In this document: positions 10,227-19,645 of the stretch, in pieces
Numbering within the stretch: position 1 is the first letter of the stretch
How the letters are laid out: the number at the start of each line of letters is the position of its first letter
From: an uncultured Nitrososphaerota archaeon
GTDB taxonomy: Archaea > Thermoproteota > Nitrososphaeria > Nitrososphaerales > Gagatemarchaeaceae
Assembly (NCBI GenBank): GCA_963838925.1
Contig: CAWISW010000003.1
Location: 352,001-416,000 of the forward strand
Direction of reading: 5' to 3'
Length of the DNA: 64,000 bases
The notes under the pieces: model-generated
Told to the model about the DNA's origin: nothing
Seen by the model: only the letters and a program-made list of their open reading frames with translations
Database searches by the model: none
Made by a program: the position numbers and the translations under genes

Positions 10227-10826
10227 TCAACCTTCCTGGGCGTACTGGACGATGAAGGCCAGGTAGTCGGAGCTCTCTCTCAAGATGAGCCAGTCCCCAG
10301 CCCTATAGACATAGGAGTAGCTTGCCGAAAGATTCCCCTCAAAATCCCCCATCATGTTGGAGTGTCCTGAGAAGGACAAGGAAGCACCGAGACTTGCGGT
10401 TCCGTTTGGGAGGAGGCTCGCGTTCTCAGAGCGGATGGTGTAGTTGATCTCCGTCGCGGCGCCCGGGAACGTCCGCAGCGTTGTGCTGATGGCGCTGGTC
10501 CCCCTGTAAGTGCCTCCGAAACCCTGCGTGACCCCATACCAGTACATTATCCCGTTGGACGCGTAGTCCTCCGTTGCCGCGGTATAGTTTCTCTCGTCGA
10601 GGTGCGATAGGTGCATGTTGAATGCTTGGACGACCGCGCTCAGGTTCTTGAGGGACTGCGACTGGGCCGCGGTGTAGCTCCCTACCTCGGAGCTAAGGCC
10701 CGAATTCTCCTTCTGGAGCGATGCGACCAATCCGTATTCGTAGCCGCTGATGAACAGGACGACCACCAGCGCGACAATGAGGCAGATGGCGAGTTCGCTG
10801 CGGACCGTCTTCGGGGTCGGCTCCAA
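10227..10826 (-). CDS. Membrane-anchored protein with NTF2/SnoaL-like domain
   Basis: TM + short coil; HLSHLDERN...WYGVTQGFGGTY module shared with 15080 and 19646. Confidence 0.7.
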   Translation of the reverse strand: MEPTPKTVRSELAICLIVALVVVLFISGYEYGLVASLQKENSGLSSEVGSYTAAQSQSLKNLSAVVQAFNMHLSHLDERNYTAATEDYASNGIMYWYGVTQGFGGTYRGTSAISTTLRTFPGAATEINYTIRSENASLLPNGTASLGASLSFSGHSNMMGDFEGNLSASYSYVYRAGDWLILRESSDYLAFIVQYAQEG

Positions 10827-10905
10827 GCCACTCGAAAGAGGGTCAGGTCACGGATAAAGGATTCTCGGTTCGGTAAATCGCCTTGCTAGTCGCATCAAGA
10901 AGAGA

Positions 10906-11110
10906 TTTCCATCAGCACATCCTTTCTCCGCAAGGGGAGGGGAGAGCTGAGGAGAGCGGCGATAGAAGATCGCGTTGAAGGGGTGGGGGTGTACGCTAGA
11001 AGCCTTCGGGCGACCAGTTCAGCCCGTCCACTACCTATAGCTCAACGTGCGAGTGAAATGCCCCGGCGGAGGGGCAATGAACCCCTGTGCACGGCGAAAT
11101 CACTTTCATT
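10906..11110 (+). ncRNA. Candidate unrecognised structured RNA (three hairpins)
   Basis: Hairpin 10906-10955 capped by GCAA, long hairpin 10971-11049 capped by cTTCGg, third hairpin 11051-11106; no ORF in the track. Confidence 0.5.
11031..11110 (+). repeat. Cassette-delimiting element copy A (longest)
   Basis: ctacctatagctcaacgtgcgagtgaaatgccccggcggaggggcaatgaacccctgtgcacggcgaaatcactttcatt. Confidence 0.92.
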
Positions 11111-11151
11111 CGGATAAATCCCGTCCTAGAACAAAGCGGCATACCGGCTGA

Positions 11152-11736
11152 CTATTGGGCGGTCACTGTCACAGTTTCTAGGTCAGCTGGCCTGGAATGG
11201 CTCAGGGGACCTGAGTTCCAGTTTGCGACTGCCTGAACTGTGTAGTTCATCCCTCGAACTATATCGAGCTCTGCATTCGATATCATGAAGGAGTAGTTGG
11301 TCTCCTGCTCGCCACGAGAGTTGGGTGTCCACGTGGGGTCCCAATTGATGCCAGTGGTGTCGATGTGGATTGTGGTGACATTGGTGCCCACTGGCCATCC
11401 ACCATTCACCGGGTTGGGCAGAGCCCACTGCAGTTCGATGGTCGAGGGCGGTGAGAGATCGCTGTGGGTGCACTCTATCGTGCCGGCAAGCAAGCTCTCA
11501 TTCGTTCCAAGCGTGGATGAGGACGTGAGATTGGTGTCGATCAGCAAGATGTATGGGCCGCAATAGGTGTCCGGACCCTCGCAGTTCGTCGATGTCGTGA
11601 CCCCGAACTCGCTCGTTACGCTCGTGGTCTGCCCGCTGCGAGTCGTTGCAAGGTAGCCGACGGCAACCGACCCCAGCACCACGGCGAGCGCCAAGATGAG
11701 CGCGGCAACAGATCTTCCGATTGCGGCTCGAGGCAT
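11152..11736 (-). CDS. Membrane-anchored surface protein (cassette 1)
   Basis: Start taken as MPRAAIG (11736) after the promoter motif; the longer ORF runs through repeat B. Confidence 0.75.
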   Translation of the reverse strand: MPRAAIGRSVAALILALAVVLGSVAVGYLATTRSGQTTSVTSEFGVTTSTNCEGPDTYCGPYILLIDTNLTSSSTLGTNESLLAGTIECTHSDLSPPSTIELQWALPNPVNGGWPVGTNVTTIHIDTTGINWDPTWTPNSRGEQETNYSFMISNAELDIVRGMNYTVQAVANWNSGPLSHSRPADLETVTVTAQ

Positions 11737-11791
11737 TGCAGGCTGGGTTCTGTCGTATCGCGTTCGGGATATAGTTTTGTCCGAACCAAGC

Positions 11792-11829
11792 GCCCCGGCG
11801 GAGGCACAATGAACCCTCATGCATTGCGA
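11792..11829 (+). repeat. Cassette-delimiting element copy B
   Basis: gccccggcggaggcacaatgaaccctcatgcattgcga. Confidence 0.9.
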
Positions 11830-11950
11830 GAATTGCCATTCAGCTCCTGCAATTACGGTTCGACTTTCGGAAACGTACCTTGTAGCCCGTCTAGGACTCA
11901 GATCAAGAGGCTCGTAGCAGACCCTCTCTTCTCGACCCAACTCCCTCTCT

Positions 11951-13507
11951 TCAACCACCGTTCTTGATGGACGTTGCGGAAGTCGTCGTCGTGGTGACGG
12001 TGCTGCTCCCCTCGTTCGACGTGACAACGGTCACCACACCGGACGGGACTGACACCGTGACGTAGATGGTCGAATTGGGATGAACCTGAATCGAAGGGAT
12101 CGTCGCACTATACCCCGGCCCCTGGTTGTAACCGGCCATGAAGGTCACGTTGTAGTAGCCACTCGCGATGAAGGTCATGTTCCCCGCGAGCTGCAGGTAG
12201 CCGGTTCCGTTGACGTCCCCCAGCCTGATGCAGTAGTGGTTTGTCAGGCCCCATTCGCCGTTTGTCGCGTTTCCGAACTGGGTCACGAAGAGTGTCCCAT
12301 TCGTTATGACAGTGCCCTGGTCCGTGGCCACCTTCATGTATACGGTCCCTTTCGGAGCCGGATTCAGCACCGTGTTGAGCGGTGCACCGCAGGCAGGGAA
12401 GTTCACTGTCGTAGATGTGCTCGTTGTTGATGACTGCAGAGTTGTGGAGGCGGAGGACCCGGCCGTGGTGCAACTTGTCCCATAAGTGGTATCAACCGCT
12501 CCAGAAGGAACCTGCAGCGTCACACAGGTGGATCCCGCCCTTTGGCTCGCCGTCACGTTGTAGGTTTGACCACCGTATTCGACGGAGAAAGAATTGGTGG
12601 CGTCCCCGAAGGCATACCATTCTGTGCTCGTGGTCGTGAAGCTCACGAATGCCTCGCCGCTGAAACACGACGGATACACGGAACACGGAACGCACGTGTA
12701 CGGGAAGTCGTAGGATGTCGTCGCGACCGCTCCCGCGACGGGGGCCGAATCGGAGTCCGAAAGCACGCGCAAGTAGACCTCCCCAAAGCACGCGTAAGTG
12801 GACTTCCCCGCCCACGCTACGAGGTTCCCCGCGCAGTCATAGTTCGAGAATTGATAGCTGGCCAGGGTGACCACGCCGGACGGCACGGCGAGCGTAACAC
12901 ACGTCGTCGAATCAGGGTAAGTGCCCCCTGAGAACAAGTATGTGTTGCCGGCATAGCCTACCGTAAAATTGTAGCCCCCGGCGATGTTGTCTGTTGAATT
13001 ATTGGGAATGTCGAACCATCCCGACGACCCTTCGCTGACTCTGTCAAAGTAAAGCGTCTCTGTCGTATGGAACTCTGCGGCGTTGCAGCCCGTCTCAAAG
13101 GCGGCGCTGACGGCAGGCGCGCCTTGCTGAACCGGCATCCCAGTGGTGTCTGACACGACCTGCAACTCCATCGTGGCACCGCCCGGGGGAGTGCAGTTGG
13201 TCATGGTGGCGTTCATCTCGGTGGACGTCGTCAGAGAGCTAGAGAGACTCACGTTTGCCGAGTAGGTGCTTTGAGTGTCGGCAATCCTCGAAACCGTGGA
13301 AGAGGTTGAGGTCTGTGAGGTCGCCACGGTTTCGGTCCCTTGGGACGTCGAAGCTGTCGTGCTCGTCGTGCTGTTAGGTAACGAGCTGGTCCCCTGTGAA
13401 AAGAAAGCCGCGGTTATTGCAACTAGCCCAACTGTAATGGTAACAAGAGCAATCGAGAGGTATCGTGCCGCAAGGGCGGTCCTCTTTTGACCGACTTCAA
13501 ACCTCAT
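11951..13507 (-). CDS. Surface protein with three internally repeated Cys-containing domains (cassette 2)
   Basis: TM, S/T linker, repeats ending TCVTLAVPSG / TCVTLQVPSG / TIYVTVSVPSG. Confidence 0.8.
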   Translation of the reverse strand: MRFEVGQKRTALAARYLSIALVTITVGLVAITAAFFSQGTSSLPNSTTSTTASTSQGTETVATSQTSTSSTVSRIADTQSTYSANVSLSSSLTTSTEMNATMTNCTPPGGATMELQVVSDTTGMPVQQGAPAVSAAFETGCNAAEFHTTETLYFDRVSEGSSGWFDIPNNSTDNIAGGYNFTVGYAGNTYLFSGGTYPDSTTCVTLAVPSGVVTLASYQFSNYDCAGNLVAWAGKSTYACFGEVYLRVLSDSDSAPVAGAVATTSYDFPYTCVPCSVYPSCFSGEAFVSFTTTSTEWYAFGDATNSFSVEYGGQTYNVTASQRAGSTCVTLQVPSGAVDTTYGTSCTTAGSSASTTLQSSTTSTSTTVNFPACGAPLNTVLNPAPKGTVYMKVATDQGTVITNGTLFVTQFGNATNGEWGLTNHYCIRLGDVNGTGYLQLAGNMTFIASGYYNVTFMAGYNQGPGYSATIPSIQVHPNSTIYVTVSVPSGVVTVVTSNEGSSTVTTTTTSATSIKNGG

Positions 13508-13596
13508 TACTACTCGTTGCGAAAGAGCGGTTGGAGATACTTACAGGTTGCGCACTAATGTTCTAGGCCTATCCAAGCCGGAGTCGAGGTCCCACA

Positions 13597-13641
13597 CCCG
13601 GCGGAGGCGCAATGAACCCTTATGCACGGCGATTGCCCGCA
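13597..13641 (+). repeat. Cassette-delimiting element copy C
   Basis: cccggcggaggcgcaatgaacccttatgcacggcgattgcccgca. Confidence 0.92.
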
Positions 13642-13721
13642 TTTTCTCAAAGCTACCGGGAGCTGGAACGTTCGGAGACAAAGGTATTAGTGAGCAGGAG
13701 GGCCTTCACGCTCCGATCTCC

Positions 13722-15005
13722 ATGACACTGCCGACGAACAGCGACAGGAGACTGGTCTACGTAGCCGCGGCGATAATAGTCGGCGTAGTGCTCGTATCGG
13801 CAGCAATCATACTCCCTCCAGCCATCCATCAGACGAAGACAGCGCCACCATCGACCTCGACCACGGTATCTCAACCATCGGTCTCGACTAACGCCTCAAG
13901 CACGACAGCAGACGCGACCGGGCTCCGACTTTCGCTGGCCATAAACAATGACGTGATAGCTGAAGGGGGCAGCATCTCAATCAACATCACAGATTTCAAC
14001 ATACTGCCGGTCAGTAACTCACCCCAGCCTATCAGCATCTTGAGGCTCGGCACGAGCGCGTGCCCTACATCGTTGCCCCTTGGTGTTGGGATATTCCAGG
14101 GCGACTTCGACGCCGGAAACGTCTCCAGCGCCCAGCCGATGGATCTCTACCAACCAGGAGTCTACAGCTGTCCCGGCATTCCATCGGGCGGCTACTCCTA
14201 CACCTTTGAGCCGGAGAGCGACAACGTGAACCTCTCCGTCGGGACGAGCACTGCGACGCACACCGTTACAGACAACGGCACGACTAGCGTGCAGTACATC
14301 GTCACGAATCCCACATACGTCAAGGACGCGTCCGCAACTCTGCAGTATTCGGGCTATTGGACGGGGGAAGCGACCTTCACCTTCTCGAACGCCACCTTTC
14401 ATTCCTTTGGTGCGGGGGAGTACACCATCGAAGCGGTCGACTTGTGGGGCCACGAGGTGTTCGCCCACTTCCAAGTAGTCCCGAACCCTGCATCGTCGGC
14501 CACAACCACGACGATAACGGTTGCTGCACCCGGCCAGTGTCCTGCAGGGAACACTTGCGCTTCTTTCAGCTACAACTCTGACGGCCAGGTCAAGGTGGAT
14601 TCCGTCAACGCGACCCAGCAGGCGTGCTTCAACTGCGGAGTCGTGAATGGGAACGGTCACTCGTACGTGTACATTCAGGTGACGTTCGAGAACACAGGCA
14701 GCTTGCCTATCTACATCCCAGACGGCTCGGCAGTGATTTCAACGTCGCCCTCGTCGAACTCCTCTGTGCTCCAGCAGGTGGTCTCGGCCCAGTGCGCAGG
14801 AACATATTCGATCCTGGAGCTCGACCCCGGGAAGAGCGCCACATTCTCAGGTCCTTCCTGCGAGGACGGATTTGCATACCAGATGGTCAATCCTGGGACC
14901 GTGACCCTCACTCTCAGTTTCAATTGGACGACCAACTCGCAAGCTTCGACAAATCCGACCGACTTCCAAGAGAAAACCACAATCTTGGCGCAGCTCACTT
15001 TCTAG
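13722..15005 (+). CDS. Two-domain surface protein (cassette 3)
   Basis: Start MTLPTN 13722; TM; module shared with 34438 and 8364. Confidence 0.8.
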   Translation: MTLPTNSDRRLVYVAAAIIVGVVLVSAAIILPPAIHQTKTAPPSTSTTVSQPSVSTNASSTTADATGLRLSLAINNDVIAEGGSISINITDFNILPVSNSPQPISILRLGTSACPTSLPLGVGIFQGDFDAGNVSSAQPMDLYQPGVYSCPGIPSGGYSYTFEPESDNVNLSVGTSTATHTVTDNGTTSVQYIVTNPTYVKDASATLQYSGYWTGEATFTFSNATFHSFGAGEYTIEAVDLWGHEVFAHFQVVPNPASSATTTTITVAAPGQCPAGNTCASFSYNSDGQVKVDSVNATQQACFNCGVVNGNGHSYVYIQVTFENTGSLPIYIPDGSAVISTSPSSNSSVLQQVVSAQCAGTYSILELDPGKSATFSGPSCEDGFAYQMVNPGTVTLTLSFNWTTNSQASTNPTDFQEKTTILAQLTF

Positions 15006-15043
15006 TTAGGCCGTGGCATTAGTGTCGGGCGAGATTGAACTCT

Positions 15044-15072
15044 CGGCGCAGGTGCAATGAACCCTTATGCAC
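15044..15072 (+). repeat. Cassette-delimiting element copy D
   Basis: cggcgcaggtgcaatgaacccttatgcac. Confidence 0.88.
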
Positions 15073-15079
15073 AGTTATG

Positions 15080-16792
15080 CTAGCAGAGCGTCAGGTTTGA
15101 TACCAGCGACACCCCGTCGTAGATGCTTAGCGCCCCGCAAGCGCCTGGGCCGACCATGCCCTCCGCGTCGACCCACTCGGGGCTGGTCGAGGAGCTCACT
15201 ATGTTGAGGAATGAACCGGGCGAATCAAAAGTGGCCGCGATGGTCCCGTTGTACCCTATCAGTCGGACGGTCGTCCCGTCTCCCACGATCACCAACGAAG
15301 CACCGTTGACGAATGCCAGCGGGTTCCCGTAGCCGGTGTCGTTCCAGAGGATGTTACCACTTGAGTCGAAGAGGAGCTTACCGACGTTGCCGCCCGAAGC
15401 TATGTATCCGCCATCGGAAGACATGAAGAGCGGCTGGACAGCGGTGTATGCCTGCCTCTTCCAGAGGACGTCGCCATCTTTGCCGCTGAAGTAGTAGACG
15501 CTCCCGTTCTCGCCGTTCACGAACGTCCCCACCGCCACCCTGGAGCCGTCGCTCGACATCTGCACGAAGTTCACGCCTTCGCCTTGATTGCCAATATGAC
15601 TCCACAGAAGGCGACCTTGCGAGTCGAGGTAGACCACTCCCCAGCTGAAATCGGTCCGGTTGGGGAGCAGCATGTACTGCACCGCGCTCACGACGTAGTC
15701 TCCTTGGCCCGACGTAGCGATGTGCATGCCCGAGCCTCCGTAGGGGAAAGTGTAGTTCCAAAGTACTGAACCAGCGTCATTCAAGCAGAGTATGCCCCAG
15801 TAGTAGTCCGCGAATATCCTTGAACCGTCTGGCGACATCCCCAGCGAAATCACCGAACCCTTCGCGGTGACGTTCCAGAGCTGTGCGCCCTCCCCGTCGA
15901 AGAGAAAGAGGACACCGGTATCGCTGACATGCCCGAGCCGCTCCAAACCGTATCCGCCCGCTGCGACATAGGACGCATTCTGAGAGACAGCCACCGACTC
16001 TATGTTGCTATTGTTGGTGACACGCCTCCAGAACACCCCTTGGGATTGGCTCCGCAACGAGACCAGGTACACGGAGCCGTTGCCGCCGCCTCCTATGCTG
16101 ATTGTCCCCACTGCGGCGTAGCCTCCGTCCGGACTTATGCTCTCAGCATCAGGCCTCTGGGTAGCCGCTTGTCCTGGAGGCGGAGGCCCTCCACCCTGCT
16201 GGGAATACTGAATGTTGAAGTTTGTGAAGTCCCAGTGCTCGGCGGAGATCAGCCAGACGCCTTCCGCAGGGAAGTAGGCATAGGAATCGTTCGCCAAGAC
16301 AGCACCAGCGAAGTTCCCCCAGATGTTGCTGTGGCCGGAGAACGAGAAGTTCCAGTCCACCAACACCGCGCTTGTCGAGGGCAGGATTGTCTGCGTCACG
16401 TTCGTGATCTGGAACGACGACATTCCACCTATCGCGGTCTCAAGTGTGAGTTTGATGTCGGTCCGAGACTCGTAAGAGCCGCCAAGGCCTTGAGTAGTTC
16501 CTACCCACGTCATCGTCCCATTGGGTGCGAAGAGATCGGCGACTGCCGAGGCGTTCCTCGACTCGAGCAGTGAGACATGCATCGCGTGCGTTGCGTTGAC
16601 CATCTCGACGGCCTGTGAGGGAGGGGACGGGTAACTCGAGGACGCGTTGGTTGTGGTCGATACGCTCGATGCCGAGGAGGTCGCCGTCTCAGTACTGCTC
16701 TGCAGACTCACCAGAGGCAACGACACCAGGGTGAGAACGGCGATCATCACAAGCGCCTGCGCCGCGACGAACAGACCTTCTTTTCTTCTCAT
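15080..16792 (-). CDS. Surface protein: NTF2-like domain + WD40/PQQ-like beta-propeller (cassette 4)
   Basis: TM leader; repeated S.DG.YVAVG / G..LW blades. Confidence 0.8.
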   Translation of the reverse strand: MRRKEGLFVAAQALVMIAVLTLVSLPLVSLQSSTETATSSASSVSTTTNASSSYPSPPSQAVEMVNATHAMHVSLLESRNASAVADLFAPNGTMTWVGTTQGLGGSYESRTDIKLTLETAIGGMSSFQITNVTQTILPSTSAVLVDWNFSFSGHSNIWGNFAGAVLANDSYAYFPAEGVWLISAEHWDFTNFNIQYSQQGGGPPPPGQAATQRPDAESISPDGGYAAVGTISIGGGGNGSVYLVSLRSQSQGVFWRRVTNNSNIESVAVSQNASYVAAGGYGLERLGHVSDTGVLFLFDGEGAQLWNVTAKGSVISLGMSPDGSRIFADYYWGILCLNDAGSVLWNYTFPYGGSGMHIATSGQGDYVVSAVQYMLLPNRTDFSWGVVYLDSQGRLLWSHIGNQGEGVNFVQMSSDGSRVAVGTFVNGENGSVYYFSGKDGDVLWKRQAYTAVQPLFMSSDGGYIASGGNVGKLLFDSSGNILWNDTGYGNPLAFVNGASLVIVGDGTTVRLIGYNGTIAATFDSPGSFLNIVSSSTSPEWVDAEGMVGPGACGALSIYDGVSLVSNLTLC

Positions 16793-16923
16793 GCTTGGTC
16801 ACCGTGTGGAACAATCGGTAGCAGCCGAGGGCTGCTTCGAGAAGAAGGGCCCGCCTCAGTAAATAGTTTTGTCCGAGCTGGGCGCGAGGCCGTAAATAGG
16901 TCCGATGGCCATTCCGGCACGAC

Positions 16924-17163
16924 ATGAATAAAGGAACGATTCTGCTTCTTGCTGCCGGAGCTTGCGCGATAGGCTGCGCCTTCGTCTGTTTCTTCTTTTT
17001 CGTTCCAATAATAAGGATGGACATAACGCCTTGCGAACCTAATGGTGCTGGGGTTGGATATGCTTCTTTGTCATATCACTTGTTCTACATGGGAATGAAC
17101 TATCTTGGAAACCAATTAGTCTGGATGACGGGAAGTAATGCCAGTTGCATGGGGCTTCCCTAA
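16924..17163 (+). CDS. Small membrane protein (cassette 4)
   Basis: 79 aa, hydrophobic N-terminus, lower GC. Confidence 0.55.
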   Translation: MNKGTILLLAAGACAIGCAFVCFFFFVPIIRMDITPCEPNGAGVGYASLSYHLFYMGMNYLGNQLVWMTGSNASCMGLP

Positions 17164-17226
17164 GATTATCATCACCCGCGACTGGACACCCGAGGCGAAT
17201 CACCCGACCATTGGACAGAACCGCTG

Positions 17227-17260
17227 GGCGGAGGCCCGATGAACCCTGTGTATGGCGAAG
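17227..17260 (+). repeat. Cassette-delimiting element copy E (degenerate)
   Basis: ggcggaggcccgatgaaccctgtgtatggcgaag; 1-nt deletion relative to the consensus. Confidence 0.85.
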
Positions 17261-17394
17261 CCCTTCTACTTCATTTTAGACAAACGCAGCGGAGCCCGCG
17301 CCCCTCGGAACGAGACTTCGAAGCCCAACCCTCCGCTAATCACGTTCGGACAATCCCTTAACTGGGACCTCGCTCTGTCGTTAGAACGTTCGAA

Positions 17395-18273
17395 ATGCGT
17401 CCGATTGCTGGCGCTGCCGTTGCCGCAGTCATTGTGGTCGCGGGGCTTGGAGGATACCTCATAGCTACAGGAGCGATGTCGCCCGGCTCTTCGCAGACCA
17501 GGTCACAGACGACAGTCACCGTTACTGCTTCGAGCACGGAAACCGCAACCGCGGCCTTCAACGGATCATCGTACTACAGCGACAATGTAACAGGCATCAT
17601 GATAACGGAGAACCCGGGGGCATTCCACTTCGACAACGGGTCGGTGACGTTCATGGGAGTGGAGTTCCAGACGATCTGCACGGATTACGGCGCTGGATGT
17701 CCGGTCCCGGCTCCCCCTCCAGGAACAACGTTCGTGGTGCCCTCCGGCGCAAGCATCACCCTGAACGTCACCTTCCCAGACCACAGCAGCGAGATTGTCG
17801 AGGGGGGACCTTTATTTGCAGGGCCTGTTCGCTCGGATACATTCTCTCATCACATCGATCCTCAGGCGGGGATTATGATAGTGTACAACGATTCGGACCC
17901 CATCTACAAGTCCTACCTGCTCGTCTCCATTCCGGAGCCGACACCGAGCCAAGCGACGAACTCCAGCACATCGGGCGACGCAGGGACTTCCTCGAATACC
18001 TCCGTCGCGACCTCCACGGCGACCGAGACCCTCACCACGCAGGCCTCCCAGGCTACGACGAGTTACGCTGCTCCGACTTCTGACTGCACCTTACTGGGCG
18101 GTACCGTCACGGTGACGACCACTGTCACTGCCTTCGCGCCGCCCGCGACGTCTACCGTCACGGTGACGACAACGACAGTCTCGACCAGCTACACCCAAAC
18201 CGTCACCGTGACCAGTTGCACATACACCGAGCCGACGGTCACTTCTACCGTCACGACCACAGCGAGCCCGTAG
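17395..18273 (+). CDS. Surface protein with Thr-rich tail (cassette 5)
   Basis: TM; VTF.D..SE...SH..PQAG module shared with 36644. Confidence 0.8.
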   Translation: MRPIAGAAVAAVIVVAGLGGYLIATGAMSPGSSQTRSQTTVTVTASSTETATAAFNGSSYYSDNVTGIMITENPGAFHFDNGSVTFMGVEFQTICTDYGAGCPVPAPPPGTTFVVPSGASITLNVTFPDHSSEIVEGGPLFAGPVRSDTFSHHIDPQAGIMIVYNDSDPIYKSYLLVSIPEPTPSQATNSSTSGDAGTSSNTSVATSTATETLTTQASQATTSYAAPTSDCTLLGGTVTVTTTVTAFAPPATSTVTVTTTTVSTSYTQTVTVTSCTYTEPTVTSTVTTTASP

Positions 18274-18276
18274 GGA

Positions 18277-18318
18277 CGGCGGAGGCGCAATGAACCCTTA
18301 TGCATGGCGAAGTCACTC
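18277..18318 (+). repeat. Cassette-delimiting element copy F
   Basis: cggcggaggcgcaatgaacccttatgcatggcgaagtcactc; starts 3 nt after the upstream stop. Confidence 0.92.
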
Positions 18319-18396
18319 ATTTCCATTGCCGAAGCTCAGTCTAACTACCAAGTTCAAAAGAGACCTCCTGACTTCTACCTCACGCAGGGTTGCGGA

Positions 18397-19530
18397 GTGC
18401 CAAAGCGTGTTCCACATTTCCGTTCCAGCCGCTCGGCGGCGAGCATCTTTCTTGCCCTCTTGGTCGTCTGCATCATGCTCGCTCCCTTCGCCAGAGCCCA
18501 AGATGCAGTCACGTCCATCACTGTCGGATACTATCCTGATGCGGCAGCGTACGACGCTTCAAAGGGAGAGGTGTTCGTGGCCAATTCTGGCTCCGAGAGC
18601 CTGTCCGTGATATCCGACAGCAGCAATCAGGTTATCGCGACGGTAAGCTTGGGGAGCGCTCCGAATGATTTGGCCTATGATCCCGCAAGAGGAGAAGTGT
18701 TCGTGACCGATGCGGCCGCTAGCGACGTCCTCGTAATATCTGATACCACGAACTCAATCGTCGACACCATAGCGTTGCCCCCAAACAGTCAGCCCATGTA
18801 CATCGAGTACGACCCCTCGAAGGGCGAGATGTTCGTAGCAGATCGCGGCTCGGCCACAATCTCAGTGATATCTGATAGCGCCGACACGATTGTCGCGACC
18901 ATAATCATGCAACCCCAAACAAGCTCGTTTGTATACATGGCCTACGACTCTGCCAAGGTCGAGATGTTCCTCACCAATCCTGTGACTCACGACGTTTCCA
19001 TTGTCTCAGACACAACCAACACCGTCATCGCAAACGTGACCTTGCCTGCCATAGCAGATCCCACGAGCATAGTATTCGACCCCGCGAGGGGCGAGATGTT
19101 TGTGGCGAATTTCGATTCAAACATCTTCGTCATATCGGACAGCAGCAACACGCTAGTCGCGACGATGAATGCAGTTAGCGGATCAAAGGCCGAGGTCTAC
19201 GACTCGGCTCGGGGCGAGATTTTCGTAGCGAATGCTGACACTGCCTCGATCTCTATCATATCCGACAATAACAACACGGTCTTGACGACAGCGTTTTTGC
19301 CGATGGCAAGTACGCCCTCTGACCTTGCCTATGACTCCGCCAAGGGAGAGGTGTTCGCAACAGACTCAGGGGGTACCACAGTCTACGTCGTATCAGACGC
19401 ACAATCATCGACCATCACTACAAGTTCCACGGCCCCAGAATTCTCCCAAGGCGACACAGTCATCGTGATGGCGGCAATGATAATGTGCATTGCATTGCTG
19501 ACAAGGAACTATCGTTCAACGTGCGAGTGA
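18397..19530 (+). CDS. YVTN/YncE beta-propeller surface protein with PEF-CTERM-like tail (cassette 6)
   Basis: Seven (Y/F)D..(K/R)GE(V/M)FV blades; C-terminal APEF + TM; GTG 18397 taken as start. Confidence 0.85.
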   Translation: MPKRVPHFRSSRSAASIFLALLVVCIMLAPFARAQDAVTSITVGYYPDAAAYDASKGEVFVANSGSESLSVISDSSNQVIATVSLGSAPNDLAYDPARGEVFVTDAAASDVLVISDTTNSIVDTIALPPNSQPMYIEYDPSKGEMFVADRGSATISVISDSADTIVATIIMQPQTSSFVYMAYDSAKVEMFLTNPVTHDVSIVSDTTNTVIANVTLPAIADPTSIVFDPARGEMFVANFDSNIFVISDSSNTLVATMNAVSGSKAEVYDSARGEIFVANADTASISIISDNNNTVLTTAFLPMASTPSDLAYDSAKGEVFATDSGGTTVYVVSDAQSSTITTSSTAPEFSQGDTVIVMAAMIMCIALLTRNYRSTCE

Positions 19531-19585
19531 AATGCCACGGCGGAGGTGCAATGAACCCTTGTGCATGGCGATTGCCCGCACTTTC
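19516..19585 (+). repeat. Cassette-delimiting element copy G
   Basis: tcaacgtgcgagtgaaatgccacggcggaggtgcaatgaacccttgtgcatggcgattgcccgcac. Confidence 0.92.
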
Positions 19586-19645
19586 AACAAGCTAGCGGAG
19601 CCTCCACACGGAATAATAGGCGCCGCCGCTATTCCCGCATCCAAG

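Noticed and set aside
10951-11038. Group II intron domain V/VI-like 3' end (GAGAGC...GTT, GGGGTGG...CCACTACCTAT)
   Set aside because: The putative domain V is too short and lacks the AY bulge, a competing longer stem crosses the supposed splice site, and no reverse transcriptase is present. An Rfam search would settle it.
11060-11087. Repeat as a tRNA T-arm remnant (minus strand AGGGG-TTCATTG-CCCCT)
   Set aside because: The stem pairs only in copy A and is broken in the others; no CCA end or canonical T loop.
19516-19585. Repeat as a protein C-terminus (minus strand ..AMHKGSLHLRRGISLAR*)
   Set aside because: Copies carry many non-synonymous changes and one frameshift, and no parent ORF exists beyond copy H.
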